Shown here: positions 20,415-30,721 of the stretch, piece after piece | Layout: the number at the start of each line of letters is the position of its first letter | Position numbering within the stretch: position 1 is the first letter of the stretch | Assembly (NCBI GenBank): GCA_963739295.1 | Contig: CAVTZS010000010.1 | Location: 42,931-106,930 of the forward strand | Length of the DNA stretch: 64,000 nucleotides | Source: an uncultured delta proteobacterium | Lineage (GTDB): Bacteria > Desulfobacterota > Desulfobaccia > Desulfobaccales > 0-14-0-80-60-11 | Reading direction: 5' to 3' | The notes under the pieces: generated by a model | Database searches by the model: none | Told to the model about the DNA's origin: nothing | The model's input: the letters and a program-made list of their open reading frames with translations, nothing else | Made by a program: the position numbers and the translations under genes

Positions 20415-20993
20415 GTGGCAGAAATCAAGAGCGCCTTAGAGTTGGCCTTGGAAAAGGCGGAGCGGATGGGCAAGGCCACTCAAGAGGAAGTCGCCGAAAC
20501 CCAATATAAGGAGCGGTGCCGCCAGTTGGCGGTCCACTATCTGAAGGGGGAAGGCGACCTGGAGGAGGAACTCAACCGCCTCCCGGCCCAGGTCCAGCCT
20601 GCGGTCCGGGTAGCGATCAAGGAAGTATTTCTTCGCAACATTAGCCTGCCCCGGAATGGCGAGGTGGATCCCCGCCTGGAGCGGGCCGTGGAGGGGATGC
20701 TCCTGGTGGCCAGCAACAAAAAGGCCATGTCCCGCCTGAAGGCGGATCTGGACCAGCTCCTGCAAAATTTCCTCCAGGTGCGAAACAGCGCCTATCAACA
20801 GCTCAAGGCCAGATTCGGGGCATCCCTGGGCAATATGCAGCGGGCCCTGGAGGCCCAGCTCCGGCAGAAGGTACGGGTGGAGGTGGAACAACTGCCCCAA
20901 TTCCTGGAGGAGTGGCGGCGGTTCCAGGGCAGCCTCTGCGATCAGTTTGAACCTCTCCTGGAAGACTTAAAAGCCAAGATGTTGAATTTTTAG
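20415..20993 (+). CDS. Hypothetical helical protein
   Basis: MAEIKSALELALEK start; host-like codon usage. Confidence 0.8.
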   Translation: MAEIKSALELALEKAERMGKATQEEVAETQYKERCRQLAVHYLKGEGDLEEELNRLPAQVQPAVRVAIKEVFLRNISLPRNGEVDPRLERAVEGMLLVASNKKAMSRLKADLDQLLQNFLQVRNSAYQQLKARFGASLGNMQRALEAQLRQKVRVEVEQLPQFLEEWRRFQGSLCDQFEPLLEDLKAKMLNF

Positions 20994-21049
20994 GAGTGGG
21001 CCAAAAGGTTAAATCTTTCTCCTTTTATCTTTGGCCCACATGAAAAGGG

Positions 21050-21165
21050 CGTGGTAAGCCGGGGCCCAACGCCCCGGCTTACCACGCCCTTTAAACTTAA
21101 GGGGTTGGGGGAGGGGGTGAGGGGGAGGGGGCAGGGGCCCACCGGCCCCTGGCCCCTCCCCCCTC
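21050..21165. repeat. Composite G/C-rich palindromic intergenic repeat
   Basis: CTTAAGGGGTTGGGGGAGGGGGTGAGGGGGAGGGGCAGGGG...CCCCTGGCCCCTCCCCC. Confidence 0.8.
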
Positions 21166-21175
21166 ATCATCCTTG

Positions 21176-21931
21176 TCAACCAGCACTTGCCTTCCGGCCG
21201 CATAGGCGCCGGAAATTATTTGCCAAAATATCCTGGGTGGGCTCTTCTGGCAACCCCAAACTCAGGATTTTCCCTAACTCCGAGCCCGGATGGCCAAAAG
21301 GATAGTCGCTGCCAAAGAACAGGCGGGCGCTGCCATACCGGCTCAGGTAATCTTCGATTTCCCCAGGCCCGGCGATGGCGGTGTCCGCGTAAACCCATGG
21401 GTGCTCAAAGACCCCGGCCCGCCTTAAGGGACCGTAACCGCCGCTCAAGCCCCCCAGGTGGGGAATGATCACCTTGAGGCCATGGGCCAGCTTTTCCAGA
21501 AAGAACAAAGTGTTCTGGAAAGACTCTTCCAGGAGAATGGGGAGGTTGCGGGAGCGCACCACTTCCAGGAACTCCAGGCAGCGGGGATCATTATAGTGGT
21601 ATTCCGGCTCATCCGGGTGGCGGTGCCATTTGACGGCCACGTACTGGGGTCCCAGGTCTTCCCAGGCAAAGTCGTTCCACACGAAAAAATAGGGGAAGAT
21701 CTCGATCTCCGGGTCCTTAAGACCTAGCAGATAACGATGCGCCTGGCGGCGGCAGGCCTGCCACTGGGGGGTATCCTTAAAGTAATAATTGTAGCGGTCG
21801 TAGATGTCCTCCACCGGCGGGATGACTCCGGCCCCGGTAATTCCCGCAGCCACAAGCAGCGGCCGGATATCCTCCCAGCGCCAGAAGACATTCTGAATGC
21901 CGCTGTGGATATGGCAGTCGATGGCCTGCAT
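21176..21931 (-). CDS. Amidohydrolase family protein
   Basis: IDCHIH, IIPHLGG, ADTA, LFFGSDYPF. Confidence 0.88.
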   Translation of the reverse strand: MQAIDCHIHSGIQNVFWRWEDIRPLLVAAGITGAGVIPPVEDIYDRYNYYFKDTPQWQACRRQAHRYLLGLKDPEIEIFPYFFVWNDFAWEDLGPQYVAVKWHRHPDEPEYHYNDPRCLEFLEVVRSRNLPILLEESFQNTLFFLEKLAHGLKVIIPHLGGLSGGYGPLRRAGVFEHPWVYADTAIAGPGEIEDYLSRYGSARLFFGSDYPFGHPGSELGKILSLGLPEEPTQDILANNFRRLCGRKASAG

Positions 21932-21950
21932 TGATTACACCCTCACCTGC

Positions 21951-22292
21951 TCAGCAAGTTAAGTGCAATGCCGCGGCCAGGCGGCGCTTTCCGGCCAGAG
22001 CATTGATGGCCTGGCAGGCCTCTGGAGTGGGTAGGGTCAGCAGATCGATGCGCTTGGCCTTAAGATGGGCCGCCAGGGCGTGGTCCACCTGCATCCTCCC
22101 CGGCTGGCCCATGCCCACCACCAAAACCTCAGGAGCCGCGTCCAGGGCCTCGGTCACGTCCTCCAGTTGCAGCAGATGCCCCTCCCGCCGCCACCAATCG
22201 CTCTTGATGTGGCCCGGCCAGATGAGCAGGTCCTGGCGGTATGGATGGCCGTCTATCACTATCAGCCCGAATTCGTATTTATCGATGTGCAT
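21951..22292 (-). CDS. Mth938-like domain protein
   Basis: FGLIVIDG, WWRREGH, LVVGMG, AAALHLTC. Confidence 0.88.
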   Translation of the reverse strand: MHIDKYEFGLIVIDGHPYRQDLLIWPGHIKSDWWRREGHLLQLEDVTEALDAAPEVLVVGMGQPGRMQVDHALAAHLKAKRIDLLTLPTPEACQAINALAGKRRLAAALHLTC

Positions 22293-22342
22293 CTTTCGTC
22301 CTTTAGCGCCGGCCCGGCCTTACGGCTGTTTGGATGAGAATT

Positions 22343-22530
22343 TGGGGGAGGAGGCTAAGGGCCGCAGGCCCACTTACAATCCTCCCCCAAACCCCCGCCC
22401 CCAATCCCTTAAGGTTTTTTCCTGGTTTAGGCCGTGGCCTTTGGGCCACGGCCTAAACCAGAAACTTACGCGGGTTGGGAGGGGGTGCGGGGGAGGGCAG
22501 GGGCCTCAGGCCCCTGGCCCTCCCCCGCAA
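22343..22530. repeat. Composite G/C-rich palindromic intergenic repeat
   Basis: Flanking modules around the perfect palindrome CTGGTTTAGGCCGTGGCC/GGCCACGGCCTAAACCAG. Confidence 0.85.
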
Positions 22531-22605
22531 TATAATAATTATTTTCGAGAGAGACAAGGGGAGGCCGGAGTTTCCTGAAAATCTGGTTTATGTTACATTT
22601 TCCCT

Positions 22606-23367
22606 ATGAAGCGGCGAAGTGCGTCAGTCTCAGAAGTTAGGGTCTGCCTGGAGCGGGTGGCCATTGTGCTTTTCCGGCCGCGCCTGCCCGAGAACATCGG
22701 TGCGGTGGCCCGGGCCGCCTGTAACATGGGCTTGAGCCGCCTGGTGGTGGTGCAGCCGGAGAATTTGGACGAAGAGCGCATGCTCAAGATGGCCACCGCC
22801 CCGGCCGCCCCTTTGCTGGCCCAAATGACCGTCTCCCACGACCTGGCCCAGGCCCTGGGGCCCTTTCAGTATATCGTGGGCACCACCGCCCGCCGGGGCG
22901 GAGTGCGCCAGGAACTCCTCACCCCCCGGGAAATGGCCGCCCGAATCATCGACCTTTCTTTACACAACGACGTGGCCCTGCTCTTCGGGCCGGAGAACTG
23001 GGGCCTCACCAACGACGAGCTTCCCTTCTGCCACGCCCTGGTGACCATCCCCACCGCCGAGTGCTCCTCTCTGAACCTGGCCCAGGCGGTCATGGTCCTG
23101 GCCTATGAACTCTTCACCGCGGTCAGCGCCACCCCCCGCTTTGAGCCCCGCCTGGCCAACTCCCAGGAACTGGAGTCCATGTATGCCATGCTTCAGGAAA
23201 CGTTAGTGAAGATCAACTTCATCTCCCACCAGAACCCGGAACACTGGATGTTCAACGTGCGCCGCCTCTTTTCCCGCCACGGCCTCCGGGCCCGGGAAGC
23301 CCAGGTGATCAAAGGCATCTGCCGCCAGATCGACTGGTACGTGCGGAGTAGGTTGGAGAAGAAGTAA
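22606..23367 (+). CDS. trmJ: SPOUT RNA methyltransferase, TrmJ/LasT family
   Basis: PENIGAVARA..NMG, GTTAR, LFGPENWGLTNDEL, SLNLAQAV. Confidence 0.85.
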   Translation: MKRRSASVSEVRVCLERVAIVLFRPRLPENIGAVARAACNMGLSRLVVVQPENLDEERMLKMATAPAAPLLAQMTVSHDLAQALGPFQYIVGTTARRGGVRQELLTPREMAARIIDLSLHNDVALLFGPENWGLTNDELPFCHALVTIPTAECSSLNLAQAVMVLAYELFTAVSATPRFEPRLANSQELESMYAMLQETLVKINFISHQNPEHWMFNVRRLFSRHGLRAREAQVIKGICRQIDWYVRSRLEKK

Positions 23368-23369
23368 GT

Positions 23370-23512
23370 TGAGGGGAGGGCCGGGGGAATTTTTGTAAGG
23401 GTTCCCCCGCCCTCCCCTCAAACTCCCCTCCCAACCCCCCTGTCAGGAGCTTCGAAAAGAAGTTTGGGGGAGGAGGCTAAGGGCCATTGGCCCAACCCAC
23501 CCCCCACTCCCT
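23370..23512. repeat. Composite G/C-rich palindromic intergenic repeat
   Basis: TTGAGGGGAGGGC...GCCCTCCCCTCAA, CCCCTCCCAACCCC and GGGGGAGGAGGCTAAGGGCC modules. Confidence 0.75.
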
Positions 23513-23522
23513 TATATAAAAA

Positions 23523-24350
23523 TTAAGGCTTATAGTACATAAGGCGCCGGGCGTAAGGGGCCACGGCGGCTTCCAGGCGGCGCTGGGACTCGGGGAGCAG
23601 AAATTGGAAGTCTTGGGCCGCGGCCGCCAATTCCTGCACCTGGGTGGCGGAGTCCGCGCCGATGACCACCAGGTTCACGGCCTGGCTCAGGGCATAAGAC
23701 ACGAAGTCCTGGACCGTGGTTCCCGGGATTCGGGTCAGCATCCCCCGGCACAGCGCCTTCATGCCGATGACCCCCACGCCCCGCTCAAAGGCCTGGGCCG
23801 CGATTGGCAGAAAACTTTGATAATGCGCCTCCGCCGGGTTCACCGGCAGGAGCACCGTGTCAAACTCATAAAGTTCCAGGGCCCGGCGGAGCACCGCGGG
23901 ATCGTGGTGGCCGGTCACGCCGACAAAGCGCGTCCAGCCCTTTTCCTTGGCTTCCCGGAAGGCCTCCAGGGCCCCGCCCGCCGCGCCAATGGCCTCCACT
24001 TCCTCCAGGGTGCGGATATCGTGCACCTGCCACAGGTCCAGGTGGTCGGAGTCGAGATTCTTCAAGGTAATGATGAGATGGGCCATGGCCTCTTTATAGG
24101 TGCGCCCGTGTGACTTGCTGGTCAGGAAGATCCGGTCCCGGTGGCCTTCGAGGCCCCGGCCCAGGTAAGCTTCGCTGCCGGAATAGGCCCGGGCCGTCTC
24201 GAAGTAGTTGATGCCGGCCTCCAAAGCCGCCTCAATGACCGCCTGGGCCTCCCGTTCCTCCCCGTAAGTGCGCAATACCCCTTCACCCCCCAACCCCAGG
24301 ATGGTGGCGAGCTGTCCAGTCCGGCCCAAAGGGCGCTGCGGCAGGGTCAT
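23523..24350 (-). CDS. Aldo/keto reductase
   Basis: RPLGRTG, GINYFETARAY, FLTSK, DLWQVH, GVTGH; ATG after AAGGAG. Confidence 0.9.
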   Translation of the reverse strand: MTLPQRPLGRTGQLATILGLGGEGVLRTYGEEREAQAVIEAALEAGINYFETARAYSGSEAYLGRGLEGHRDRIFLTSKSHGRTYKEAMAHLIITLKNLDSDHLDLWQVHDIRTLEEVEAIGAAGGALEAFREAKEKGWTRFVGVTGHHDPAVLRRALELYEFDTVLLPVNPAEAHYQSFLPIAAQAFERGVGVIGMKALCRGMLTRIPGTTVQDFVSYALSQAVNLVVIGADSATQVQELAAAAQDFQFLLPESQRRLEAAVAPYARRLMYYKP

Positions 24351-24376
24351 GGTGAAGCTCCTTTTGATTGGTTTTG

Positions 24377-24565
24377 TGGGGGGAGGGCCAGGGACTTGAA
24401 GTCCCTGCCCTCCCCCCACGCCCCCCACCCAACCCGCGTAAGTTTACCGGAGGAGCCGGGGCCATTGGCCCCGGCTCCTCCGGCTATTTTAACTCAAGGG
24501 GTTGGGGGAGGGGGTTTGGGGGAGGATTGTAAGTGGGTCTGCGACCCCTGGCCCCCTCCCCCAAT
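24377..24565. repeat. Composite G/C-rich palindromic intergenic repeat
   Basis: Loop ACTTGAAGT module, central palindrome CCGGAGGAGCCGGGGCC/GGCCCCGGCTCCTCCGG, right module. Confidence 0.85.
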
Positions 24566-24622
24566 TTCCTTCAGCCCCTCCGCCTTGACAGGGTGGGGGG
24601 TGTTGATATTCTAAAGGATAAG

Positions 24623-26464
24623 ATGTCTGAGCTCAAAGTAAAGTCTGCTTCGCCCTATCCGGCCCTGGCCGCGGCCATGTCCGGGATTCCCTCGGCCTGC
24701 GGGGTCTATCTCTTTAAGGACGTGGGCGGCCGGGTGCTTTATGTGGGCAAGGCCCTCAACCTGAAGCATCGTCTGGGTTCTTATTTGAAGACCCCGGAGA
24801 AGCACGATCCCAAAACCGCCTTGATGTTGCGAAAACTCGCCCGGGTGGATTTTCTCCTCACTGCCACGGAGCGGGAAGCCCTTATTTTAGAGCGCAATCT
24901 CATCAAGGAGCACCGCCCCAGGTATAACGTGATGCTCCGGGATGACAAGAATTACCTCTGTTTGCGCCTGGACTTGCGGGAGACCTTTCCCGGGCTCTCC
25001 TTTGTCCGGCGGTTCAGCCCGGATGGGGCGCTGTATTTCGGCCCCTATGCCTCCGCGGGCATGGCCCGGGAGACCCTCAAGGTGATGAAGCGGGCCTTTG
25101 GGGTGCGCACCTGCAAGGAGCGCCGGCTGCAGGCCCGGTCCCGGCCTTGCTTGGAGTATCAATTGGGGCAGTGTTTGGGGCCCTGCGCGAATCTGGTGGA
25201 CTCCGAAGCTTACAGCCAGGCGGTGGCTGAGGCGGTGCTCTTTTTGAAAGGCCGGGGAGGCAGTCTCCTGAAAAAGCTCAAAGGGCAGATGGAGAGGGCC
25301 GCGGCCAGCCTGGATTTTGAACGGGCTGCGCTCCTCAGGGACCGGATCACTGCCATCAAGGGCACCCTGGAGCGTCAGGACATGGCCCGGCCCAGCTTCA
25401 AGGACCAGGATGTCCTGGGCCTGGCCCAGGAGGACGGACGGGCCTTGATCCTGGTGCTCATGATCCGCAGCGGCCTGGTCACCGGCAGCCGGGAATATTA
25501 CTTTCCCGAACCCGTGCCCGGTGGCGACCTCTTACAAGCCTTCGTGAAGCAGTATTATGGCGAGGGGCGGCCGCTGCCGGAGGAGATCCTGCTGCCCCGG
25601 GCCCTGCCGGATGGGCGGCTCCTGGCTGAGGTGCTGAGCGAGCAGAAGGGAGCCCCGGTGCGCCTGCGGGGGGCTCAAGGGGCGGATCGGAGCCGGCTCC
25701 TGTCCCTGGCCGGGGAGAATGCCCGGGCTGCCTTGGAGCGGCACCAGGCGCGGCCTATCCCCGGCGATCCCCTCGTCGACCTCCAAGAACGCCTCCATCT
25801 CCCCCACCTTCCCAGGCGCCTGGAATGCGTGGATATCTCCGCCCTCCAGGGCAGCCAGGCGGTGGGGGCCCTGGTGACTTTTACTGAAGGGGCGCCGGAT
25901 AAATCCTGTTATCGCCGCTTCCGCATCAAAGGAGTTCCCGGCCCGGACGATTATGCCATGCTCCGGGAAGTGGTCAAGCGCCATTATGGCCGGGAAGGGC
26001 AGATTCTCCCCGATTTGCTGGTGGTGGACGGCGGCCGGGGCCAACTGGCCGTAGTCCAGCAGGCCCTCAACGAGTTAAGCCTGGCCCTCTTTCCGGTGGT
26101 GGCCCTGGCCAAGGCCGGGGAACAAGCCGGGCGCCCGGTGCGGGACCGGCTCTTTCTGCCGGGAAGGAAGAACCCTTTACTTTTGCCGGCTGCTTCTCCA
26201 GGATGGCTGCTGCTCCTCAGGCTCCGGGATGAGGCGCACCGGTTCGCCCTCGCTTACCACCGGGGCCGGGCCCGGAAAGAAATGCTGGCCTCAGGCCTGA
26301 GCCAGGTCCCCGGCATCGGGCCGGTCAGGCGCAAACAGCTTTTCCAGCATTATTCCAACCTGGAGGCCCTGAAGGGGGCGACCCTGGAAGAGCTGGCGGC
26401 CCTGCCGGGCTTCACTCGCAAGGTGGCGCAAAGTTTGAAGGAATGGATTGCGAGGAATATTTGA
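24623..26464 (+). CDS. uvrC: Excinuclease ABC subunit C
   Basis: GIY-YIG GVY..YVGKA, PRYN..LRDDK, DISAL, DDYA, DGGRGQ, RDEAHRFA, HhH GIG. Confidence 0.97.
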   Translation: MSELKVKSASPYPALAAAMSGIPSACGVYLFKDVGGRVLYVGKALNLKHRLGSYLKTPEKHDPKTALMLRKLARVDFLLTATEREALILERNLIKEHRPRYNVMLRDDKNYLCLRLDLRETFPGLSFVRRFSPDGALYFGPYASAGMARETLKVMKRAFGVRTCKERRLQARSRPCLEYQLGQCLGPCANLVDSEAYSQAVAEAVLFLKGRGGSLLKKLKGQMERAAASLDFERAALLRDRITAIKGTLERQDMARPSFKDQDVLGLAQEDGRALILVLMIRSGLVTGSREYYFPEPVPGGDLLQAFVKQYYGEGRPLPEEILLPRALPDGRLLAEVLSEQKGAPVRLRGAQGADRSRLLSLAGENARAALERHQARPIPGDPLVDLQERLHLPHLPRRLECVDISALQGSQAVGALVTFTEGAPDKSCYRRFRIKGVPGPDDYAMLREVVKRHYGREGQILPDLLVVDGGRGQLAVVQQALNELSLALFPVVALAKAGEQAGRPVRDRLFLPGRKNPLLLPAASPGWLLLLRLRDEAHRFALAYHRGRARKEMLASGLSQVPGIGPVRRKQLFQHYSNLEALKGATLEELAALPGFTRKVAQSLKEWIARNI

Positions 26465-26630
26465 GGGGAGGGCGGGGGACCACAGGCTCCCCGCCCTCCC
26501 CTCAAACTCCCCTCCCAACCCCCCTTATGAAGGCTGGGGGAGTGGGGGCCATAGGCCCCGACTCCCCCAGCCTAAAAAGGTATAAGGGATTGGGGGAGGG
26601 GGAGGCCCACTGGCCCGCCCCTCCCCCATA
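26462..26630. repeat. Composite G/C-rich palindromic intergenic repeat
   Basis: Flanking modules around AGGCTGGGGGAGTGGGGGCC/GGCCCCGACTCCCCCAGCCT. Confidence 0.85.
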
Positions 26631-26636
26631 ATCTTC

Positions 26637-27410
26637 TTACGCTTCCAGGGCCGCGATCTGCTCCGGGGTGAGGCCATAGCGGCGTTCCCGCTGTTGATAG
26701 GCCACCAGGGCCTTAAGGAACTCCTCTTCCCGGAAATCGGGCCACAGGGTATCGGTAATATAAAGCTCGGTGTAAGCCGACTGCCACAGCAGAAAATTGC
26801 TCATGCGGTACTCGCCGCTGGTGCGGATGAGCAGGTCCGGGTCGGGCATGGCCGCGGTATAAAGATAGCGGGAGAAGAGGGCGGAGTCTATCTCTTCGGC
26901 ACGGATGCGGCCGGCCTGAAGGTCCTGGGCCAGGTGGCGCGCCGCCTGGACGATCTCAGTGCGCCCGCCGTAGCTGAGGGCCAGGGTCAGGACCATCTGG
27001 GCGCCCGCCGCAGTGGCGGCCATAGTCTGGGCCAGATCCTGCTGCACCGCCCGGGGCAGTCGCTCAAGGTCGCCGATGGCCCGGAGGGAAATCTGATTCT
27101 CCTGCATCTCGGCTAATTCCTGATGCAGGTAACGCCGGAGCAGACCCATCAGGGCCCGGATCTCCATGGAAGGGCGTTGCCAGTTCTCTTCCGAAAAGGC
27201 GAACAGGGTAAGGTAAGAGATGCCCAATTGGCGGGCCTGGCGCACCACCACCCGCACCGACTCCGCCCCGGACACGTGGCCGCGGATGCGGCGCAGTCCC
27301 CGGCTCTGGGCCCAGCGGCCGTTACCATCCATGATAATGGCCACATGACGGGGGAGGCGCTGGGGGTCCAGAAGAAGGCTTACTTCAGACAAGTTTGCCC
27401 TCCGGACCAT
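26637..27410 (-). CDS. uppS: Undecaprenyl diphosphate synthase
   Basis: HVAIIMDGNGRWA, FSEENW.RP, SYGGR, LIRTSGE.R.SNF. Confidence 0.97.
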   Translation of the reverse strand: MVRRANLSEVSLLLDPQRLPRHVAIIMDGNGRWAQSRGLRRIRGHVSGAESVRVVVRQARQLGISYLTLFAFSEENWQRPSMEIRALMGLLRRYLHQELAEMQENQISLRAIGDLERLPRAVQQDLAQTMAATAAGAQMVLTLALSYGGRTEIVQAARHLAQDLQAGRIRAEEIDSALFSRYLYTAAMPDPDLLIRTSGEYRMSNFLLWQSAYTELYITDTLWPDFREEEFLKALVAYQQRERRYGLTPEQIAALEA

Positions 27411-27967
27411 TAAAAGGACATGATTTCCTTTTCTTTTTCGGCAGTCTGGGTATCAACCTTTTTAATAAATTCATCCGTGACTTTCTGGACTTCTTCCTGA
27501 GCCCGGTGGGCCTCATCTTCGGAGAGGAGCTTTTCTTTTTTCATCTCCTTCAGATCTTCATTGGCCTCCCGGCGGAGGTTTCTTAAAGCCACCTTGCCCT
27601 CTTCCCCCATCTTTTTCACCAACTTTACCAGTTCCTTCCGGCGCTCGGTGGTGAGGGGCGGAATGGGCAACCGGATCAACTTGCCGTCATTGACGGGATT
27701 AAGCCCCAGATCGGATTTGAGGATGGCCTTTTCAATATCCGCCAGGATGGAGGGGTCCCAGGGCTGCACCGTAAGCAGCCGGCTCTCCGGGGCCGCCAGG
27801 GAGGCAACCTGGGGCAGGGGCATATTGGTGCCATAACAATCTACTTTGATGCCTTCCAGCAGGGCCACCGAGGCGCGGCCGGTGCGGATGCGGGACAGAT
27901 CCCGGGCCATCAACTCCAGCACCTTGTCCATCTTGCGTTTCGCTTCCTTCAGAACCTCATCTTTCAT
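27410..27967 (-). CDS. frr: Ribosome recycling factor
   Basis: [28 protein letters not shown]. Confidence 0.97.
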   Translation of the reverse strand: MKDEVLKEAKRKMDKVLELMARDLSRIRTGRASVALLEGIKVDCYGTNMPLPQVASLAAPESRLLTVQPWDPSILADIEKAILKSDLGLNPVNDGKLIRLPIPPLTTERRKELVKLVKKMGEEGKVALRNLRREANEDLKEMKKEKLLSEDEAHRAQEEVQKVTDEFIKKVDTQTAEKEKEIMSF

Positions 27968-28694
27968 GGCCGCGGCTCTCCACGATGGTGCCCACGTCCT
28001 GTCCCAGCACCACTTTTTTCATATTTCCCGGTTCCAGCAGTTTGAAGACGATGATGGGGATATTCTGTTCCATGGACATAGTCACGGCGGTAGAGTCCAT
28101 CACTTTGAGGGCTTTTTCCAGGATGTCGAAATAGGTGAGGCGGGTCAGCAGGCGGGCCTGGTGGTCTTTTTCCGGGTCCCGGTCATAGATCCCTGCCACC
28201 TTGGTGCCTTTGAGAATGGCCTGGGCCCCGATCTCCGTGGCCCGCAAGGCCGCGGCGGTGTCGGTGGTAAAATAAGGGCTGCCGGTGCCGGCGGCAAAGA
28301 TGACCACCCGCCCCTTCTCCAGATGGCGGATGGCCCGGCGGCGGATATAAGGTTCCGCCACTTCGTGCATGGCGATGGCCGTCATCACCCGGGTGGGCAT
28401 CCTGGCCTTCTCTAACACGTCCTGCAGGGCCAGGGCATTGATCACCGTGGCCAGCATGCCCATGTAATCCCCCACCGCCCGGTCGATTCCCTGGGCGCTG
28501 GCCGCCAGCCCCCGGAAAATATTGCCGCCCCCCACCACCACCCCCACCTCTACCTTAAGGTCCACCACCTCTTTGATTTCCCGGGCAATGTCCTTCAAGG
28601 TGTCGGGGCACAGGCCGAATCGCTTCTCTCCGGCCAGGGTCTCGCCGCTCACCTTAAGCAGGATGCGGCGGTATTTGGGGAGATCCGGGGTCAT
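27957..28694 (-). CDS. pyrH: Uridylate kinase
   Basis: [42 protein letters not shown]. Confidence 0.98.
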   Translation of the reverse strand: MTPDLPKYRRILLKVSGETLAGEKRFGLCPDTLKDIAREIKEVVDLKVEVGVVVGGGNIFRGLAASAQGIDRAVGDYMGMLATVINALALQDVLEKARMPTRVMTAIAMHEVAEPYIRRRAIRHLEKGRVVIFAAGTGSPYFTTDTAAALRATEIGAQAILKGTKVAGIYDRDPEKDHQARLLTRLTYFDILEKALKVMDSTAVTMSMEQNIPIIVFKLLEPGNMKKVVLGQDVGTIVESRGHER

Positions 28695-28702
28695 GCAGTC
28701 CC

Positions 28703-29569
28703 TCAGGCGGCTCCCACCTGATAGCGGGCAAAACGTCGCACCTTAATCTCCTTACCGCCTAACTCGGCCCCCACCTCCTTAAGGTGTTGGGCCACGGTAA
28801 GATCCGGGTTTTTCACAAAGGGCTGCTCCAGGAGACAGGCTTCTTTATAGAACTTCTCCAGGCGGCCCGCCACCATGCGCTCGATGATCTTCTCCGGTTT
28901 GCCGCTCTCCCGGGCCTGGGCCTGGTAAATGGCCACCTCTTGGGCCACCAACTCAGGGGGCAAATCCTCCCGGGTAACCGCCAGGGGATTGGCGGCGGCC
29001 ACCTGCATGGCCAGGTCTTTGGCCGCGGCCCGGGCTACGGGCGCAGCCTCCGCACCGCCCAGCTCCAGGAGCACCCCCAGGCGCCCGCCATGGTGGATGT
29101 AAGCGGCCACCAGGCCGTCACCGCTATACCGGGTAAAGTGCCGCACCCGGATGGATTCGCCGGTTTTGGCAATCACGTTATTGAGATATTCGGTTACCGT
29201 TAGCCCGGGCAGATGGGGACAGGGCTGAGCCAGAAGCTCCGCCACGGTCTCCAAGGCCACGGCCCCCAGGTGCTCCACCAATTTGGCGCCCAGGTCCATA
29301 AAGGCCTGGGTCTTGGCCACGAAATCGCTTTCACAGTTCACTTCCAGGAGCACGCCGGAGTGGTGGTCCGGGCTGAGGTAGGCCCAGACCGCCCCCTCGC
29401 TGGTGGTTCGTCCGGCCCGTTTGTGGGCCACCGCCAACCCTTTCTGGCGCAGGTAGGCCACGGCCTTTTCCAGGTCGGCGCCCGTTTCTTGCAAAGCCTT
29501 TTTACAATCCATCATCCCCGCGTTGGTCTTGTCACGCAGGGTTTTGACCATCTCTGCGGTAATTTCCAA
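28703..29569 (-). CDS. tsf: Elongation factor Ts
   Basis: [32 protein letters not shown]; TTG start after GAGGAG. Confidence 0.97.
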   Translation of the reverse strand: MEITAEMVKTLRDKTNAGMMDCKKALQETGADLEKAVAYLRQKGLAVAHKRAGRTTSEGAVWAYLSPDHHSGVLLEVNCESDFVAKTQAFMDLGAKLVEHLGAVALETVAELLAQPCPHLPGLTVTEYLNNVIAKTGESIRVRHFTRYSGDGLVAAYIHHGGRLGVLLELGGAEAAPVARAAAKDLAMQVAAANPLAVTREDLPPELVAQEVAIYQAQARESGKPEKIIERMVAGRLEKFYKEACLLEQPFVKNPDLTVAQHLKEVGAELGGKEIKVRRFARYQVGAA

Positions 29570-29595
29570 TCTAACTCCTCCCAGTTTTGAAGATT

Positions 29596-29632
29596 GAGGG
29601 GCAGGGTAAGGGTCCGAGCCCCGACCCCCCAA
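29596..29632. repeat. Degenerate single repeat module
   Basis: GAGGGGCAGGGTAAGGGTCCGAGCCCCGACCCCCC. Confidence 0.45.
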
Positions 29633-29686
29633 ATAGTGCAAAGAGATTAATGACTAAAGAGGGTAAGGTGCGGCAAGGTGGAATAC

Positions 29687-30505
29687 TTACTCTTCATACC
29701 GGTCCTCGATATCCTCGGGCAGAGCCGATCCTTCCGGGGTTGGGACTTCCACTTCTTCGGCTGCCGCCTCCTCCACCGGGAGGGAAATTTCCTTATCAGT
29801 CAGGCCCTGGAGCCGTTCCTCTGCAAGTTTCTTACCTTCCAGAGCCGCGTCGGCCACGCGGGCGGTGAGCAAGCGAATGGCCCGGATGGCGTCGTCATTG
29901 CCCGGAATGGGAAAATCGATCTCCGTGGGGTCACAGTTACTGTCCACGATGGCTAGGAGGGGAATTTGCATCTTGCGGGCTTCCTTTATGGCAATGGCTT
30001 CCTTGCGGGGATCGACCACATAGACAATGTCCGGCAGGCGCCCCATTTCCTTAATGCCACCCAAGGCCCGCGCCAATTTGGCGGCCCTTTTTTCCATCAT
30101 CAACACTTCTTTTTTGGGGAATTTTTTCAGGGTGCCGTCTTCTTTCATGGCCTCAAAATCCTTGAGGCGCTTAATGGAGCGACTGATGGTTTGGAAGTTG
30201 GTCAGCATCCCCCCTAACCACCGATGGTTGACATAGAACATGTGGCAGCGCTTGGCCTCTTCGGAAATGGCGTCCTGGGCCTGTTTCTTGGTGCCCACGA
30301 AGAGGACGAGGCTGCCCTCGGCCACCTTTTCCACTACGAAGTTGTAAGCGGTCTTAAAGTACTGGACGGTTTTTTGCAGGTCGATGATGTGGATACCATT
30401 TCTGGCCCCGAAGATGTAGGGCTCCATCTTGGGGTTCCAGCGGCGGGTTTGGTGGCCGAAGTGTACCCCCGCCTCCAACAGCTCTTTCATAGTGACATAA
30501 GGCAT
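29687..30505 (-). CDS. rpsB: 30S ribosomal protein S2
   Basis: [44 protein letters not shown]. Confidence 0.98.
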   Translation of the reverse strand: MPYVTMKELLEAGVHFGHQTRRWNPKMEPYIFGARNGIHIIDLQKTVQYFKTAYNFVVEKVAEGSLVLFVGTKKQAQDAISEEAKRCHMFYVNHRWLGGMLTNFQTISRSIKRLKDFEAMKEDGTLKKFPKKEVLMMEKRAAKLARALGGIKEMGRLPDIVYVVDPRKEAIAIKEARKMQIPLLAIVDSNCDPTEIDFPIPGNDDAIRAIRLLTARVADAALEGKKLAEERLQGLTDKEISLPVEEAAAEEVEVPTPEGSALPEDIEDRYEE

Positions 30506-30618
30506 AACGGTTTCCTCCTGGTTAGGCCGCCGCTCCGCCGCCGGCGGGGCCACCCGCCGGCAAACCCTCCTCAAGGGTGCCGGCCGGCACCAGCCCGCCC
30601 TGGCGGGGCGTGAGTAGT
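30506..30618 (-). promoter_or_regulatory. Probable rpsB (S2) autoregulatory leader
   Basis: ACTCACGC...GGTGCC...GC-rich hairpins...TAACCAGGAGG directly upstream of rpsB. Confidence 0.45.
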
Positions 30619-30721
30619 TGTTTTCAAATCAAAAAATTATACCAAAAAAATCTGGGCCCCACAATGATTTTTGGGCAACCTGGCCAGGAGCGGGCCGAAG
30701 GCCCCCTCCTGCCTTTCCTGC